64,000 nucleotides of DNA from Lama glama (Eukaryota). A model generated the notes under the pieces. It searched no databases. It had not been told where the DNA came from and saw only the letters and a list, made by a program, of their open reading frames with translations. The DNA lies in contig CM052817.1 in assembly GCA_028534125.1 (NCBI GenBank), positions 50,222,001 to 50,286,000 on the forward strand, given 5' to 3'. This document shows, in pieces, positions 49,016 through 61,844 of the stretch; position 1 is the stretch's first letter, and every line of letters begins with the position of its first letter. Made by a program: the position numbers and the translations under genes.

Positions 49016-52000
49016 AATTAAACCAAATAAAAATTTTAAATCCTCTCTAAAATGATAGTTCCATGAGCTGTTTAATTTTTAATCCACTGTATTTGTAGAG
49101 ACATAGATATATATTTGTGTTCTAAATTTATGGAGAATTTCTATAAAAACATCTTTTCTTCACATTTTGCATTGAAGATGTACTTTAAGTGGAATTTCCT
49201 ACTCTAAGTTAGTTAAAAGCCTTTGGAAATTCCCTCACCTTTTTTGATTGTAAGTCCTATTAATATTCTCTGTATTGTTGTGTGTTTTTTTGTTTGATTT
49301 CACATTTCTCTTTAACATTTGTGAAGTGAAAGTAGTTATGTATTGTTCTTGATTTTCTACAATTAAAAAAAAGCGTTTCTAAGCTAGTTTGGCCTAAATT
49401 AGTTGGTGAATCTGATTCACTACTCTTGGAAATCTAAAGAGAAAGCAGGGCAATTTAAATTTGCATGGATATAAGAAACACGAAGAAAGAGTACAAATCT
49501 GCTGATAATTCCTAATTTCCTTAAAATAGTGCATTTTTATCCCTTATTATGTTTATAGAATTTTTTTTCACTTTTTTATGGACTGAAGTTAATATTAGAT
49601 GGTATTTGAGAAATGATGCTGGATGGATGGTTCTGAAGGTTTGGAATTGTCCTCAAGTCATTCTGAGTGCCAGCCCCTCCCATGAGAGTCAGAGCAGTAG
49701 CCTGTTGTAACTGGTACAAGTAAACTGCTGTAGGAATGTGGGTTGGGGTGTGCTGGTGGGCAGAGAAATGGTAAAGGGTAGAATCATCCTAGAGATTAGA
49801 AAGTTTAGACTATGCATGTGGGAGAAGAAGGAAGTTAATGATAAAAATAAAAAAGCTGATTTAGAGAAATAGTGCTAGAAATACTTAGAAGAACTGGAAA
49901 TTTCCTAGTAAAAGAAGGCTAACCTATAATACTTAATAGGGAAAGCATGAAAAAGAACACAATCTCTCCTGAATGTTTCTCTTTGTTAGAATGGCAAAGA
50001 GAGATTCAAAACCAAGACATTCATTGGGAAACATTCAGAGAAATAATGAGCTAGGATTTGAGAGGTTGTGAAGAGTAGAGTCTTGCTGTCAAAATAGGGA
50101 TAAACTTGTGGCTCAGATGGAAAGTATTTTAATTTCACAGAGACTAAATAAATGATTAATAAAAGATTTTTTAAAGATAGAAGTAGAAGAAAGGTGCAAC
50201 TAAAACTGGAACTGGCTAAGTGTGAGTGTTATTTTGTTAACTTACAAGGAATTTAAGTTAGGAATTTAAGTTAGTAATTTAACTGAATTAAAGATTTTAT
50301 AAGTTACTTTTAGTTAAACTTATTTTCACTAAATAAATTTATACCCTATAACTAGCTGGCCATAGACATGATGCTGTAGTTTTAATTTTCAAGGAGGAGT
50401 AAAGTAGTAGGTAGTAAATCAGAAAGGTCACAATTCTTGACAGAGCCTCTAAAGGAGACACCAAGAAAATGTTAAAATAAGCAGTAGGCAAAGTGCCAGG
50501 TTAAACTTTTGGACACTAACTCTGGGTCTTCATTTCATCCCATTTTTGGGCATCCAACAGTGTAAGGGACATGAGGTAACAGAAAGAAGGCAGGGGAGAA
50601 TTTTGAGAGGGTCCCAGTGGATTTTGTCATTACCATATGGTATGAACTGGGACAAGGCCGTCACTTTTCTCATCTGTGAAAAGGTTAAAAAACAGTGTAA
50701 CTAGTAAAGTTATGATGTAGACTGGATAGATATATATATATGACATATGGACTGAGATTTATGTTAAAGTATTTGGAAAAGAGTCTAGAACACTGTTTAA
50801 CATTTTTTGGATAACTTTCTTCAAATTTATTATACATATACTATGCAAATACACACATATATACATATCTAAAAAAATCTGTACATCATATGATAGATGA
50901 TTTGTGCGTGCATTCAAATTCTTACAGGCATATGTGTTTATTTATAAATAATCTACAAATCTACAAAACTTACAGATATACTTTTGGAAAACAGAAAAAA
51001 TAAAGGCAAAAATAAAATTACTGATGTTTTTCCACCTAGAGATAATAATTATTAATATATAGGAGTATGTCTCTCCAGTCTTGTCTTCTATGTATATAAA
51101 TGCACAAATGTTTTGTTTTATAAACTCCATTCATAGTATCTATTTTATTTAGAATGTATATTGTTTTATTCACTTAATATTACAAAATGAGCACTTTGGA
51201 TAGCTTCTGCTGATATTTCATGATAGAGGAACCCGTTGGGTCTGTATGAGGCCAGGGAGTTGACACTTGTCTTAAGATGTTGTGAGAAGACTATTTTGAT
51301 GCAAATTTAAACTACAAAAGATACTGTGAAAATTGGTCAATCTGGGGCTTCCTGATAGGTCACTTTTTTAAACTAGGGGAAGTTTTTCAAACCAAGTTTT
51401 GAACTGATGGAACTAAACTGTATCTCAGTGTTCAGCTGTGCTGTAATTTCTTTTTGACATTTCTAAAGTTGTTGCTGCCTGTAACATTGACAACTCCAGA
51501 AACATGAATAGGAGTACCACTAGAGAAGTGGGTTTGTTTGGCCAATGTCTCTCGAATGTCATTGGCTGGGGAAAAAAAAAAAAGAATTCAAGCAGCCTCA
51601 TTTATGTTTGCTTGCCCAAGCAAAAGAAGTGTATTGTGAAATGCATGCTTCCATTCAAACTGAATGCCTATCATGTGCAAGTTACTGTGCATCACAGGGG
51701 ATCCAGAGCACAAGCCATCATCCTGAAAAACTCACAATCTACTGTGTATGACAAAATACTGACAGATAATTATAGTGGCAGGTGATACCTTACACTTGTG
51801 TTGTTCACCAGGAAATAACATTAAAAGGAAACAAGGATTTGTGAGTGATATTGATGGTATATTTAATATTTTTCTGGGCTTAAATAAAAAGAGAATATTG
51901 AGAACTTAAAACATTAGCTTCATTAAAAATACTGGACAGCTTTTATTATTTTATTAAATATCCATTTTCTGTTTTATTTTAATGAACTGAGATATTTAAG

Positions 52001-52740
52001 TAGAAATTTTATTATAAACCAGAATCTTTACTTATGATGAGATTTTAGAGAGGTGGAAAGTGGCCAATGAACACTAATTAATGGTTAAGTTATTATAATG
52101 GTGTGAATACAAATTGTTCTGACACTTCAGAATAATTATAAAGCTGACTCATTGCTGTACTGAGAGGCTTAGCCTAAGAATTGTTCCATCTTTGGTTCTA
52201 ATTAGATTTTATTTATTTCCCATATCTTTCGAGGAGACTGAGAAACGATCACAAGAAATGGTCCATTATGCAGCTACATCAGTTGAACTTTTTTAAGACA
52301 AAGTAATTCTTGATATGGCAGAAATCCATATGATTCCAGGCTTTCTTCAGTAAACTCATAAGCAAATGGCAGCAATCACATCTTTAAATCACTTTTTCAA
52401 ATGCATCTCAGCTGTGGTTCCTACAAACACACGTTATACCACCAAATGTGTAATAACTGGGGAAATTATTTCCAGGAGGCAGAACAGGCTCATCAAAATC
52501 CAATTCAGAAAAGTGCAAAACAAAAAGAAAAAGAAAACCCACAAACTTCAATCAATGAAGTATCAAACAACAGCTTTTAGGAGAGACCAAGTACTGATTA
52601 TTTTGTCACACGTACACTATACACAAATATGACCAATACTCTGCATGCACTCTTTCTGGTACTTGGTTTAGAGTAGTAAATTGGCTTAGTGTCCATTGTT
52701 GCCTAATATAGTATTAACTGAAAGGCCTTCATTTAGACTC

Positions 52741-52953
52741 TTATTTTAAAGTAGTGGGTATGGTTCCCTGTACTATACAGTAGGTCCTTGTTTATCTGTT
52801 TCATATACAGTAGTGTTAATCTAATAACCTATAATAAATAGAAAAGCATCTGAAAAATAATAGATACATATGTATATGTATAACTGAATCACTTTGCTGT
52901 ACACCTGAAACATTGTAAATCAATTATACTTTAATTAAAAAAAATGAAAAAAA
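52741..52953. mobile_element. Short L1 3' end with 5' inversion (minus 52741-52818, plus ~52822-52953)
   Basis: ggttccctgtactatacagtaggtccttgtttatct (reverse) joined to taataacctataat...ataactgaatcactttgctgtacacctgaaac...polyA (forward). Confidence 0.85.
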
Positions 52954-53619
52954 TTCTTTCATTTAATCCCCCAAAATCCCATTCAAATACTTCCAAAAAT
53001 TGAAGTTGTATCTGAAAACCATTTGTATGGTTCGTTCCATAAGTTTCTGAAGTCAGTAACTATTATTTTGGTCCAAACAGGGGCTGTACCAAGTAATGTC
53101 TCCCTTGATCATCCTGACAAACCATCCCAGTTAAACTGGTTGTTATTTTAGTTACTTATTTACCACCAGGGATGAGTTTCATTTTGGGAGTGAATGTAAT
53201 TTTTATAAAATGTATCTTGTTTTCCACAATCTTTTCTACAAATAAAGGAGCCATACTTGAAAAAAAAAAGAGTAATGGAAATGAACATGCTTAAATAAAA
53301 CCTTGGATTGGAGAACAATTAGATGTAGGAAAGTCAAAATATTTAACAACCATACATATGGAGGTCAGCCAATCAAAAAAGATGCTGCCTATAACCAAGG
53401 AATATAGCACTGCTGGTGCCTGCCAGCTGGATGTCAGCTCTCATTGTCTGGGGTTTGTGAGGTTTTGCCCAAGGTGGTATTTACTCTGGAGAATTAGAAG
53501 AGATTAGATTAATGGGAGGCAAATCAGACCTCCCTTTTGCACACAGATGAACAGCAGGATGTCAGAGGCGCTGGTGACTACACCTTTGCTTTTAAAAAGA
53601 ACAGCTTGGAAACAATTGT

Positions 53620-55440
53620 ATTTATTTAGCAAACACTTATTAAATGGCTACATTGTGTTAACTACGGTGTTCATTGGTTAAACTTTTCCCAATTTTATTT
53701 AAAATAAATGGTAGAGCTTGAATGAAATTTGAGGGTCATTTAATAAAGCCTTTTTTTTTTTTTAACAAATGAGAAAACTGAAGCCTAGACTGATTAACAG
53801 ATGTTTCTTAGGCATTTCCCATGGGCCGAACATTTTTTCCTAGTTGCTGAGGGTAGAGTGGTGGACATATAAAACACAAGAACCTTCCTTCCAGAGAGTG
53901 CACATTCAAGAACAGAGAGAAAGAGAATAAATGACTAAGAAAACAAGATACTTTCAGGTAGTGATAAGAGCCAAGAAGATGAGGAAATGTGGGATGGGAT
54001 AGCATGACTGTGGCTAAGAACTGGCCACTTTAGAGCTGATGTTTAAGGAAGTCTCTTTGAGAAGGTGACACTCAACTGTGACCTGAATGAAAAGGAGAAG
54101 CCAGGCTTACAAAGACATGAGGCAAGACATTTTAAATAGAGGAACAAGTGTAAAGTCAGGTTTGGCATGCAAGAAACACAGCAAGAAGGCCTGTGTCTCT
54201 TGGTTTGCAGACTGGCCCCTGTATGCGGAGGGCAAGGAGAGACCAAAGAAAGAGGCAGAACTCTCTGGACTGGTAGGTGGTAGGTTTAATGAATGAGGGA
54301 ACTTACATACAAGTCTTGTTGTGGGCGGCTGCATGAATAAAGAATAAATAAATAAAAAAGAAAGAAAAGGGGGGGAAAGTCTATGTAGAGACCTTAACTG
54401 GCCTTAGTTACGTGTGCCCATCCAGATGGTTTCAACAACATCTTGCTCTCTCAAGACTGCATTCTTGGAACAGCTCCCACTGTAGGAATGGTGGGCAGAA
54501 GTATGTTCCAAGGACAGGAGAGGGGCATGGAACCTCTGATTGCCCTGGTCCATCTTGAGGGTCAACCAGTTGTCACGTCCTCTTGGTGACCTCCTCCAGC
54601 ATTCTCTGGAGTGCAGCAAGTAACCAGGCAAAGCTGAAGAGGTGGGAGGGGCCAGATCACAGAAGGCTTTCAGGTCCTGGTGAGGAGTTCATTTTTTTAT
54701 TCCAAGTTCTGTGGACATATATTTAAATTTATACTTACATTTATTTCCTATTATATATAACATGTATATGTGCACACACATAGCTTGAGAATGATAAGAT
54801 CTGATGTATATCTTTGAAAGATAATTATGGCAGGAGGAGGATTGTGTGGTAGGCTATTTAAGTCACATGAAAGGTAATGACATTGTGGGCTGTGGTGGTA
54901 GATGTGGGTTTGAGAGAAGAGGATGGTTATAGGGCATATTTTGAATATCAAGGGTGAAGTAAAGAGAGCAATCAAGGTTGCCTGAGTTTTTTGATTGATT
55001 ATTTAGGTTGATGGTGATGCTGGTAAATTGAGATGGATACACTGGGGAAAGAAGAGATGGATTGCAGGAGAAATCAAGAATTCTGTTTTGGACACATGAA
55101 CTATGAGATGCCTGTTGGCTATCTTCAGAGAGATGTCTAGTGGCCTAGCATACTATTGGATTATGAGTCTGAACTGGAATAAGGAGGTCAGTGCTAGAGA
55201 CAGAAATTGGGAATTATCGCTAATGGTATTTGAAGGCATGGGACAAGATAAGATCTCTTAAGGAGGGAGAGCAGAGAGAGTAGAGGTCTGAGGGCTAAAT
55301 CCTGAGGCTCTGAAGAATTTGAGCAAAGGGAATAGCTAGGAATAAAGGCAGAGAAGTCTTTTGGAAAGAAAAAGATACAAAAAAAAAGAAAAAGCCCATG
55401 TGAGGTGATGTCTAAGAAGCCAGGAGGTCCACAAGTGACA
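53620..55440 (-). mobile_element. L2 fragments (interrupted)
   Basis: atttagcaaacacttattaaatggc tail; ggaagtctctttgagaaggtgaca; gaaatcaagaattctgttttggacacatg...tgagatgcctgttgg. Confidence 0.75.
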
Positions 55441-56654
55441 CTAAATCCCAGGTTACCCAGCTCTTAGGCAAATCTTGTTTATAATACTGGGCTGCATGCC
55501 TTCCTAATTCTGTTTATGGTTCATACATTACTGCAAAATAAAAAGTGAAAAGCTGGGTGAAATACTGGCTACATCTCTGACTTAATCTCCTGCCTGGTGC
55601 CATTGCCTGATATGCCTGTTTGATTAGTTTTGATCATGGTTTGGTCCTGTTTTTCTCATGTATTTGAAACTGTAGATTTCTTGAATTTACAATGCCTTCC
55701 GGTCTATTTTTGATGTGCCTATTAAGTCCTGGTGATGGTCAAGCTGCCTGATGTTTGGAACCAGGGTAAGATGTTACTATTTTTCTTCTTGTACATGCCC
55801 TCCCCACTGTAATTATCTCCTGAATGGTACTTCACAGGAGGCAGCAGCTTCATGTTTCAGTCTTTCTTTCTGACATCCAAACCCCAAACCTCAGGGAGAG
55901 CTTTATATACCTCTGCCCTTTACTTGTTGAATTGATTGCCAAATCTTGCTGCTTCACTTCATATTTGCAGCTTTTTTCCTCTTCCTCCACCACTGCTGTA
56001 GTCTTTACCTGAATGATTCTCGTCATTGAAACACTTTGCCTGTCAGCAGTCCATCTGTTCCATTTCTGCCTACTGCCTCTGTTCAAATGACCCTTTCTAT
56101 GGTTCTGGCATTTCCATTCTTATTCTTAAATCTTACTTGGGCTTCCTATTCCCTAAAGAGTCAGGTTCACAGTCCTTACCATGTCAGGTGCTCAAGCTCT
56201 GAATGATTTCGTTTTTCTCATCCCATCCCACATGTCTGACTTCTTTCCCTTTTTTTAGGTTTCCAGAATTCTCTTCTTCACTATTGTTTCAAAGTTTCTT
56301 TTAAGCAGACCCATTGCTTTTAAGGGCCATTCAAAATACAAGAAAAACAAGACTATCTACTATCTTTTTTTTTGGTTATTTCTTGCTGAAGTATATTTCA
56401 ATCACTCATGATATCTTTAACATATTAGATGTTTATTTAATAAAGTTAATGTACAACACATACAGAGTTATTTTACCTCATAGTCCTCTGAAACTTACCT
56501 ATTCCGAGCTAAAAAGTCACTGACAGAAAATCATCTAATGATGCCCTTCAGGCAGGAAAAAAGGAGAGATGTGCCAAAGTATGGGGCTCTGGAATGAGCC
56601 AATAGAGTGAATGAAAAAGTGTTCTCTATTACAAAGTGACTATTTTTACTCTGA

Positions 56655-56808
56655 CCTTTGATTTTGTCAGACGGCATTAATATATAGGCGGCAGGATGTC
56701 AAAGTCAAAGGGGGAACTGAGTTAGTAAACACCAGTTGGCATGTGAGCAGAGAGCTGTTTGTGTCACAGATCTTGGCAAAGATCAAACCAAAGATCAAAG
56801 GCTTTGAT
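56655..56808. promoter_or_regulatory. Candidate enhancer: cluster of TCF/LEF-type motifs with a forkhead motif
   Basis: CCTTTGAT 56655-56662, AGATCAAAGG 56792-56801, CTTTGAT 56802-56808, near-matches at 56698-56711 and 56780-56788, and GTAAACA 56725-56731. No recognisable repeat covers the region. Confidence 0.4.
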
Positions 56809-58809
56809 AAAATATGACTGAGCTTAGGAGCTCATCACCTCTTCCCACAAGCGGTGGGGAATGGTTTGTGAATGTCTGCTGCCTGAGGTGTGCCTCTGAC
56901 AGGGAGTCCTCATGAGAGCCGCTGGCTGGGACTGAGGTCAGCCTGGATGGTAATGATGATGATCAGGGCTGATAGAAGAGAGGAGGTGCCAGGTTCCGGC
57001 AGGAGTTAACAGAACAGATACCAAGGTGTTAAAGTAGCCAGGCTTACTGTGATCTCAGACAGATGTGACAGCAGCTGGAGAAAGCTGCAGGAACAAAACA
57101 AGCAGCAGTGGCTTCAAACAGAGCTGAAAGATTCCAGCTTTGGGTCAGTGATATTTGGGAAACTCTCAGAATGGAGAGCTTTGGGCAACCATTCTTCTGT
57201 CTCTTCCATTCTTTTCAAAGGGCTTAAAGTTTGCCAATTCCATCTGTTCTTTATGCTGGTACACACCACTTAAATCCGCATCTAAAAGGTGTATATTGAC
57301 GTGGCCTGGCATAGGTAATAAATATTTGGCATTCTCCATAAATATTTGGAAGGAAGAAAAGAAGGAAAAATGAGAGGGAAAATTGGTTAGAGGGTAAAAC
57401 TTACATGTAAATTTCCAACTAAGTGATACCACAAGAGCAAGACTGGTATTGTGAGTAGGTACCATGCAATATGGCAACATTTCAGGAAGTTGGTCTTTTT
57501 CCTGATTTTCTCCCCAGTACCTGTCTGTGAAATTTATACTGTTACATATTCATTCCCAAGTACCATGAACCTTTTCAGGCTTCAAGAGCTTCTTGTAAAT
57601 AACTCTTGTGAAGCTACACATCTTAAAAATCTGTTTGATTTATACTATAATTGACTAGTTAAGCACAGGGCCATTTTGGAAAGGGGCACAGACCAGACAG
57701 GTGGTCTACACTCCAGATTTCAGGAGGAAAATGGATTCCAATGTACTCTAAAGAGTTGGGAGTTGCTCCTTTCTTCCATTTTACAATTCGGATAGAGCTA
57801 GCACTGACAAAAAGAATCCACTCTCACCTAGTGTCATTATATAAAGTGACAGGTAACTTCATTTCAAATTGTACATCTGATACATTCCATGGAAATATTT
57901 TTATCCTTATGAAAAGTGTACCATATTCAAACAAAGGTACATATATATATATAATGGTATACACACAAATAGGAGTTTCTTTCAGCTTCTTAGTGCTGAC
58001 CAATAATTAACAGAGTTCAGATACAGAGTTTCAGACATTACTATATTATTTACTCAGGAAATAAACCATGCGAATCAGCACCTCCAATGACATGCTGAAC
58101 TCTACAGCCAGTCTCAATTGTACGTCTTAAATTCTCACCTTTTCATAGTAGTAGAAAAAAAAATTTAGATTTACAAAATGGATGAGAGAATCATACTCCA
58201 TTTCTAGATGCTAATGTGCCCTGAAGCAGCATCACGCAATCTGCTTGGATTTCACTGTCACTATTATTTTCTAAAGACAGTTTGAGAGCCTGGTAAAATG
58301 CAGAAATTAATGTGCAGTGAGTTTAAATTCAAGTTTCCAATAATTAGCCTCCTGTGGAGCAATTCCTCACCTTCAAAAACTATCCCCGTACTCTCCGTGT
58401 TATTCTGATGAGGGCCAACTGGCCAAGAGTTTGAATTGCTTGGAAAAATTCCTTCAGGAATGAGATGAGAAAACTTTGAGAAATGCATCACTTTTACTCA
58501 TTGTTTTGGTACATGTTTGTGACACAGTGCTTTGGGAAATAGTTAAACTTATGCCTAATTTGGATTTTGGTTGCTGTGACCCTGTCAGTTGTTTCTCACT
58601 GTTTTGCCATTATCATACTCTTGGCTGGTCCAATTTGGATTCTGTTTTGGAAACTACTGAGACTGAATTGTGCCCAGCTTCTGCCTGAGTTTTCCCAATG
58701 TTTTTGATTGGCTGAGTGATTTAGGCCATATTCAAACAAGTTTCTGAGCATATTTGTTCAATACTTTTATAATTCAAGGGAGGTAACTATCCCAATCAAT
58801 CCATCATTC

Positions 58810-58990
58810 AGTGTGGGCTTGGGTGAGAGTCAGATCTAAGGATAAATCCCAGCTCTACCACGTATAAACTGTGGATACCGGACAAGTCATTTAATCTTGC
58901 TATACCTTAACTTCATCATCTATAAAATGGATAGTACCTCATGCACCTGGTGAGCTTGAAATGAAATAGTGTATGTAATATTCTTAGCTA
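58810..58990 (+). mobile_element. MIR
   Basis: aaatcccagctctaccac...ggacaagtcatttaatc...catctataaaatgg...gtacctcat. Confidence 0.8.
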
Positions 58991-59029
58991 TTATTTAATG
59001 CTTTACAAAATACTAGGTGATGTGCTAAA

Positions 59030-59480
59030 AGAACTCTATCCAAGAGGAGTATAATGCAAGCCACACATCTAATTTAAAATTTTCCAGTAGCTAGTTTACA
59101 GAATATGAGATGAAATTAATTTTAATAATATACTTTATGTACTCCACTATGTCCAAATATCATTTCAACATGTAATCAATATGGAAATTATCAAAGAGCT
59201 GTTTTACATTTTTTACCTCATTACTGTCTTTAATTCAGTGTGTGTTGTTTACTTACAGCACACTTTGACTTGAATGCTACATTTTCAACGGATAATGTAA
59301 AATGTAGTCCTGGCAAACCAATAAAGTCTTGTGTATGGATTTACCCTGCTTCACTTTATAAATTTAAATGAATTGAAATTAAATAAAATTTAAAGTTCAG
59401 TTTTTTAGTAACACTAACCACATTTCAACTTCTAAATGGCCACATGTGGCTAGTGGGTATTGGTATCAGACATCACAGGG
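59030..59480. mobile_element. hAT-Charlie element, MER33/MER3-like
   Basis: tataatgcaagccacacat...catttcaacatgtaatcaatat...gccacatgtggctagtgg. gctaaaa flanks both sides (TSD-like). Confidence 0.8.
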
Positions 59481-60589
59481 CTAAAAAGATGGGAAACAAG
59501 GAAGGAAGTGTCCAGAGCATATGGGCTTTAGCCTTTACCTACTTAGTCTCATTAAAAACCTTAGCTACCCACTTGTCTCTGGTCTAGAAAGAGAACAATA
59601 AGTGATTGTTTCTTGACAACCATCTGGGTCAATCAAATATTGGAAGAGATGGCAAGAAAAGTTGAATTTTATGGCAATATTTGTTGCTCAGGCCATACTT
59701 CCTGCTTGAGAACACCTCCCTGGAGGGGATGGAGGGGCATTAGTGATTGGAGCAAGCTCAGTGATCATGTGTAACCCTTTAGTCCTTACTGTGTGGGGAG
59801 GGCTACGACACAGGCCGGGTCATGATGAGTCAGAAGAGTCCTAGAATAAACCCAAGTGAGAATGTTACTGCGACTGATTTTTTGCACTTGGGAGGCCAAG
59901 CTCAGTTGCAGTGGGTGGTGACTGTGAAGCCGGGAGTCCTTACAATGCAGGGCAGAATTGCAGCACTGTTGTAATTACAACAGCGGCAGCAGTGAAATAG
60001 GTTCAGCCGCTTGAGAAAGCTTTCTACCACCCAGTGATAAAGGAAATGCAAATACATCAAAGGCATATTCTTTGTGTCTTCCATTTATGGGTAGTCTAAT
60101 TGGGGAGGTAGGACACAAACAGGGAAAGATTTTAATTACAAATGAAACAAAAGTGCACAACAGCATTAGAAAAATGATTTAAAAACTAGAATACTATTAA
60201 TTACTAAATTAACAATATCAATAGTAAAGGATGTTGGAATTCACATGAAAGGAGATCATTATGGACCAGGTCCATCTGAGAAGGCAGACAAACCTGAGTT
60301 GAGTCTTGAACAATTTTTTTTTCTGGAGTTACAGACTGAGTAAAAGCAGTAGGTCAGAAAAACAGTATTTGTTTGCTAGCTTGAAGAATTCAGAACTGAA
60401 TTATGGGAACCAAAAATGTGACTAGGTCTGTTGAAGATGCTTTTTTTCTCTAGACAATGGAGAGTCCTTGAATGTTTGGAGTATGTGTGGCAGTATCAAA
60501 AAAATGGAATTTTTATAGGAATATAACTGTTAGAATGACATACTGGTACAGGATTTCATAGTTTCCTGAGATACTTGAATTTATTATTT

Positions 60590-60760
60590 AACAAAATCCT
60601 CACTAATAACTATATGAGAAGACAAGTAGGTGTAATTATCTTCAATTTTACAGAAAAAGGTACTGAGGATCAAGCAGTTAAGCTAGTTGCTCAAGGTCAC
60701 ATGACTAGTGAGTGTTCACTAGGACTAGAATTCCTAGAATATTCAGTCCAGGGCTGTCTC
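60590..60760 (-). mobile_element. MIR
   Basis: attttacagaaaaaggtactgagg...ttgctcaaggtcacatgactagtgagt. Confidence 0.75.
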
Positions 60761-61796
60761 CATCCTAGGTCAGTATATCTTTTAGAGCTAAAGCTTCTTT
60801 AAAATGATGAACTCTTCTGGTGATTCATGCATTTTTTGATCTACTGAGTTGACTATTGAAAGGGGTTATTTGGACTATCCCTAGGCAATGTTATCAATAT
60901 GTGAAGTTGGCCATTGATGCTTTCAGTTCTTTCAGTTTTTCAACTCTCTGTATCCCCTCACTAAGCCCAGATTCCTGGTGTCTCATAATGTAACCAGAGT
61001 GGTTAGGGCCTCTGGCTTCTCAGGCAAAAACTCTACTTCTTGACCATCTTGTGGACTTAAAATGTATCTGCCTCTTGTTTTTTTTTTTTTTTCCCCCTGA
61101 AAATGTCCACCAGTTTGTTGCAGATGGTGGTAAATAGTTAATTTATATTAATTTCTACTAGTATTTTGATTAGCTAATTTGTTGCTTTCCTTTATCATAA
61201 TGCTTAGAGAATTTTGATGCTGATGATAGGACTTTATCATTTCAGGAAGTCTTGAGGTATGAGTCAGTAGAAATATTTTTATCCTTGTGTTCCTGCTCAG
61301 GGTGATCTCCTTTCTTTCCTGTGTGTACCCCAATTTATACTACTTACTGAATTCTGGACAAGTGCTAGCCTGTATTCAAGCTCCATTCAAGGAGTGTTTC
61401 ACACATCAATTTCCCACCCTCTGACTACCCTGCACCTTAGCTATGACTGACTGGTATTTATCTGGGTTCAAAGACCAGGTCCCATGTCAGGTTGCTAAAT
61501 GGAGTTTCCAAGTGATAGCTTCTCTAGGATCTTCTCAGCCTGATTGTTTTAATTCAGAGGGCAACAATCTAGCTACCAATTTCCAGGGCCATATTCAAGG
61601 CTGCCGTATCCTCATGTGGCCTGATCTACTACTCTTGAAGTTTTTTCTTTCTCATGGGTAATATCCTTTGATGATAGATTCAAAGAGTCTTCCAACTCCC
61701 CAGATTGCTGCTCCAGTTGTTCATCATGCTCCTGTCCTGCTGCAGCTGCTAGACTGATGTCCATTTTTTGCTAAGTGCATTGATGTCAATGCTTCT

Positions 61797-61844
61797 CTTT
61801 TGAAAATATTTTGTTTTCTTTTATTGTACAATTTTTAAAGGTTA
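61797..61844 (-). mobile_element. 48-bp retroposed fragment with perfect 15-bp TSD
   Basis: GATGTCAATGCTTCT at 61782-61796 and 61845-61859. The insert reverse complement is TAACCTTTAAAAATTGTACAATAAAAGAAAACAAAATATTTTCAAAAG. Confidence 0.8.

Noticed and set aside
50248..50285. 13-bp tandem repeat ggaatttaagtta, 2-3 copies
   Set aside because: Ordinary slippage duplication in AT-rich DNA.
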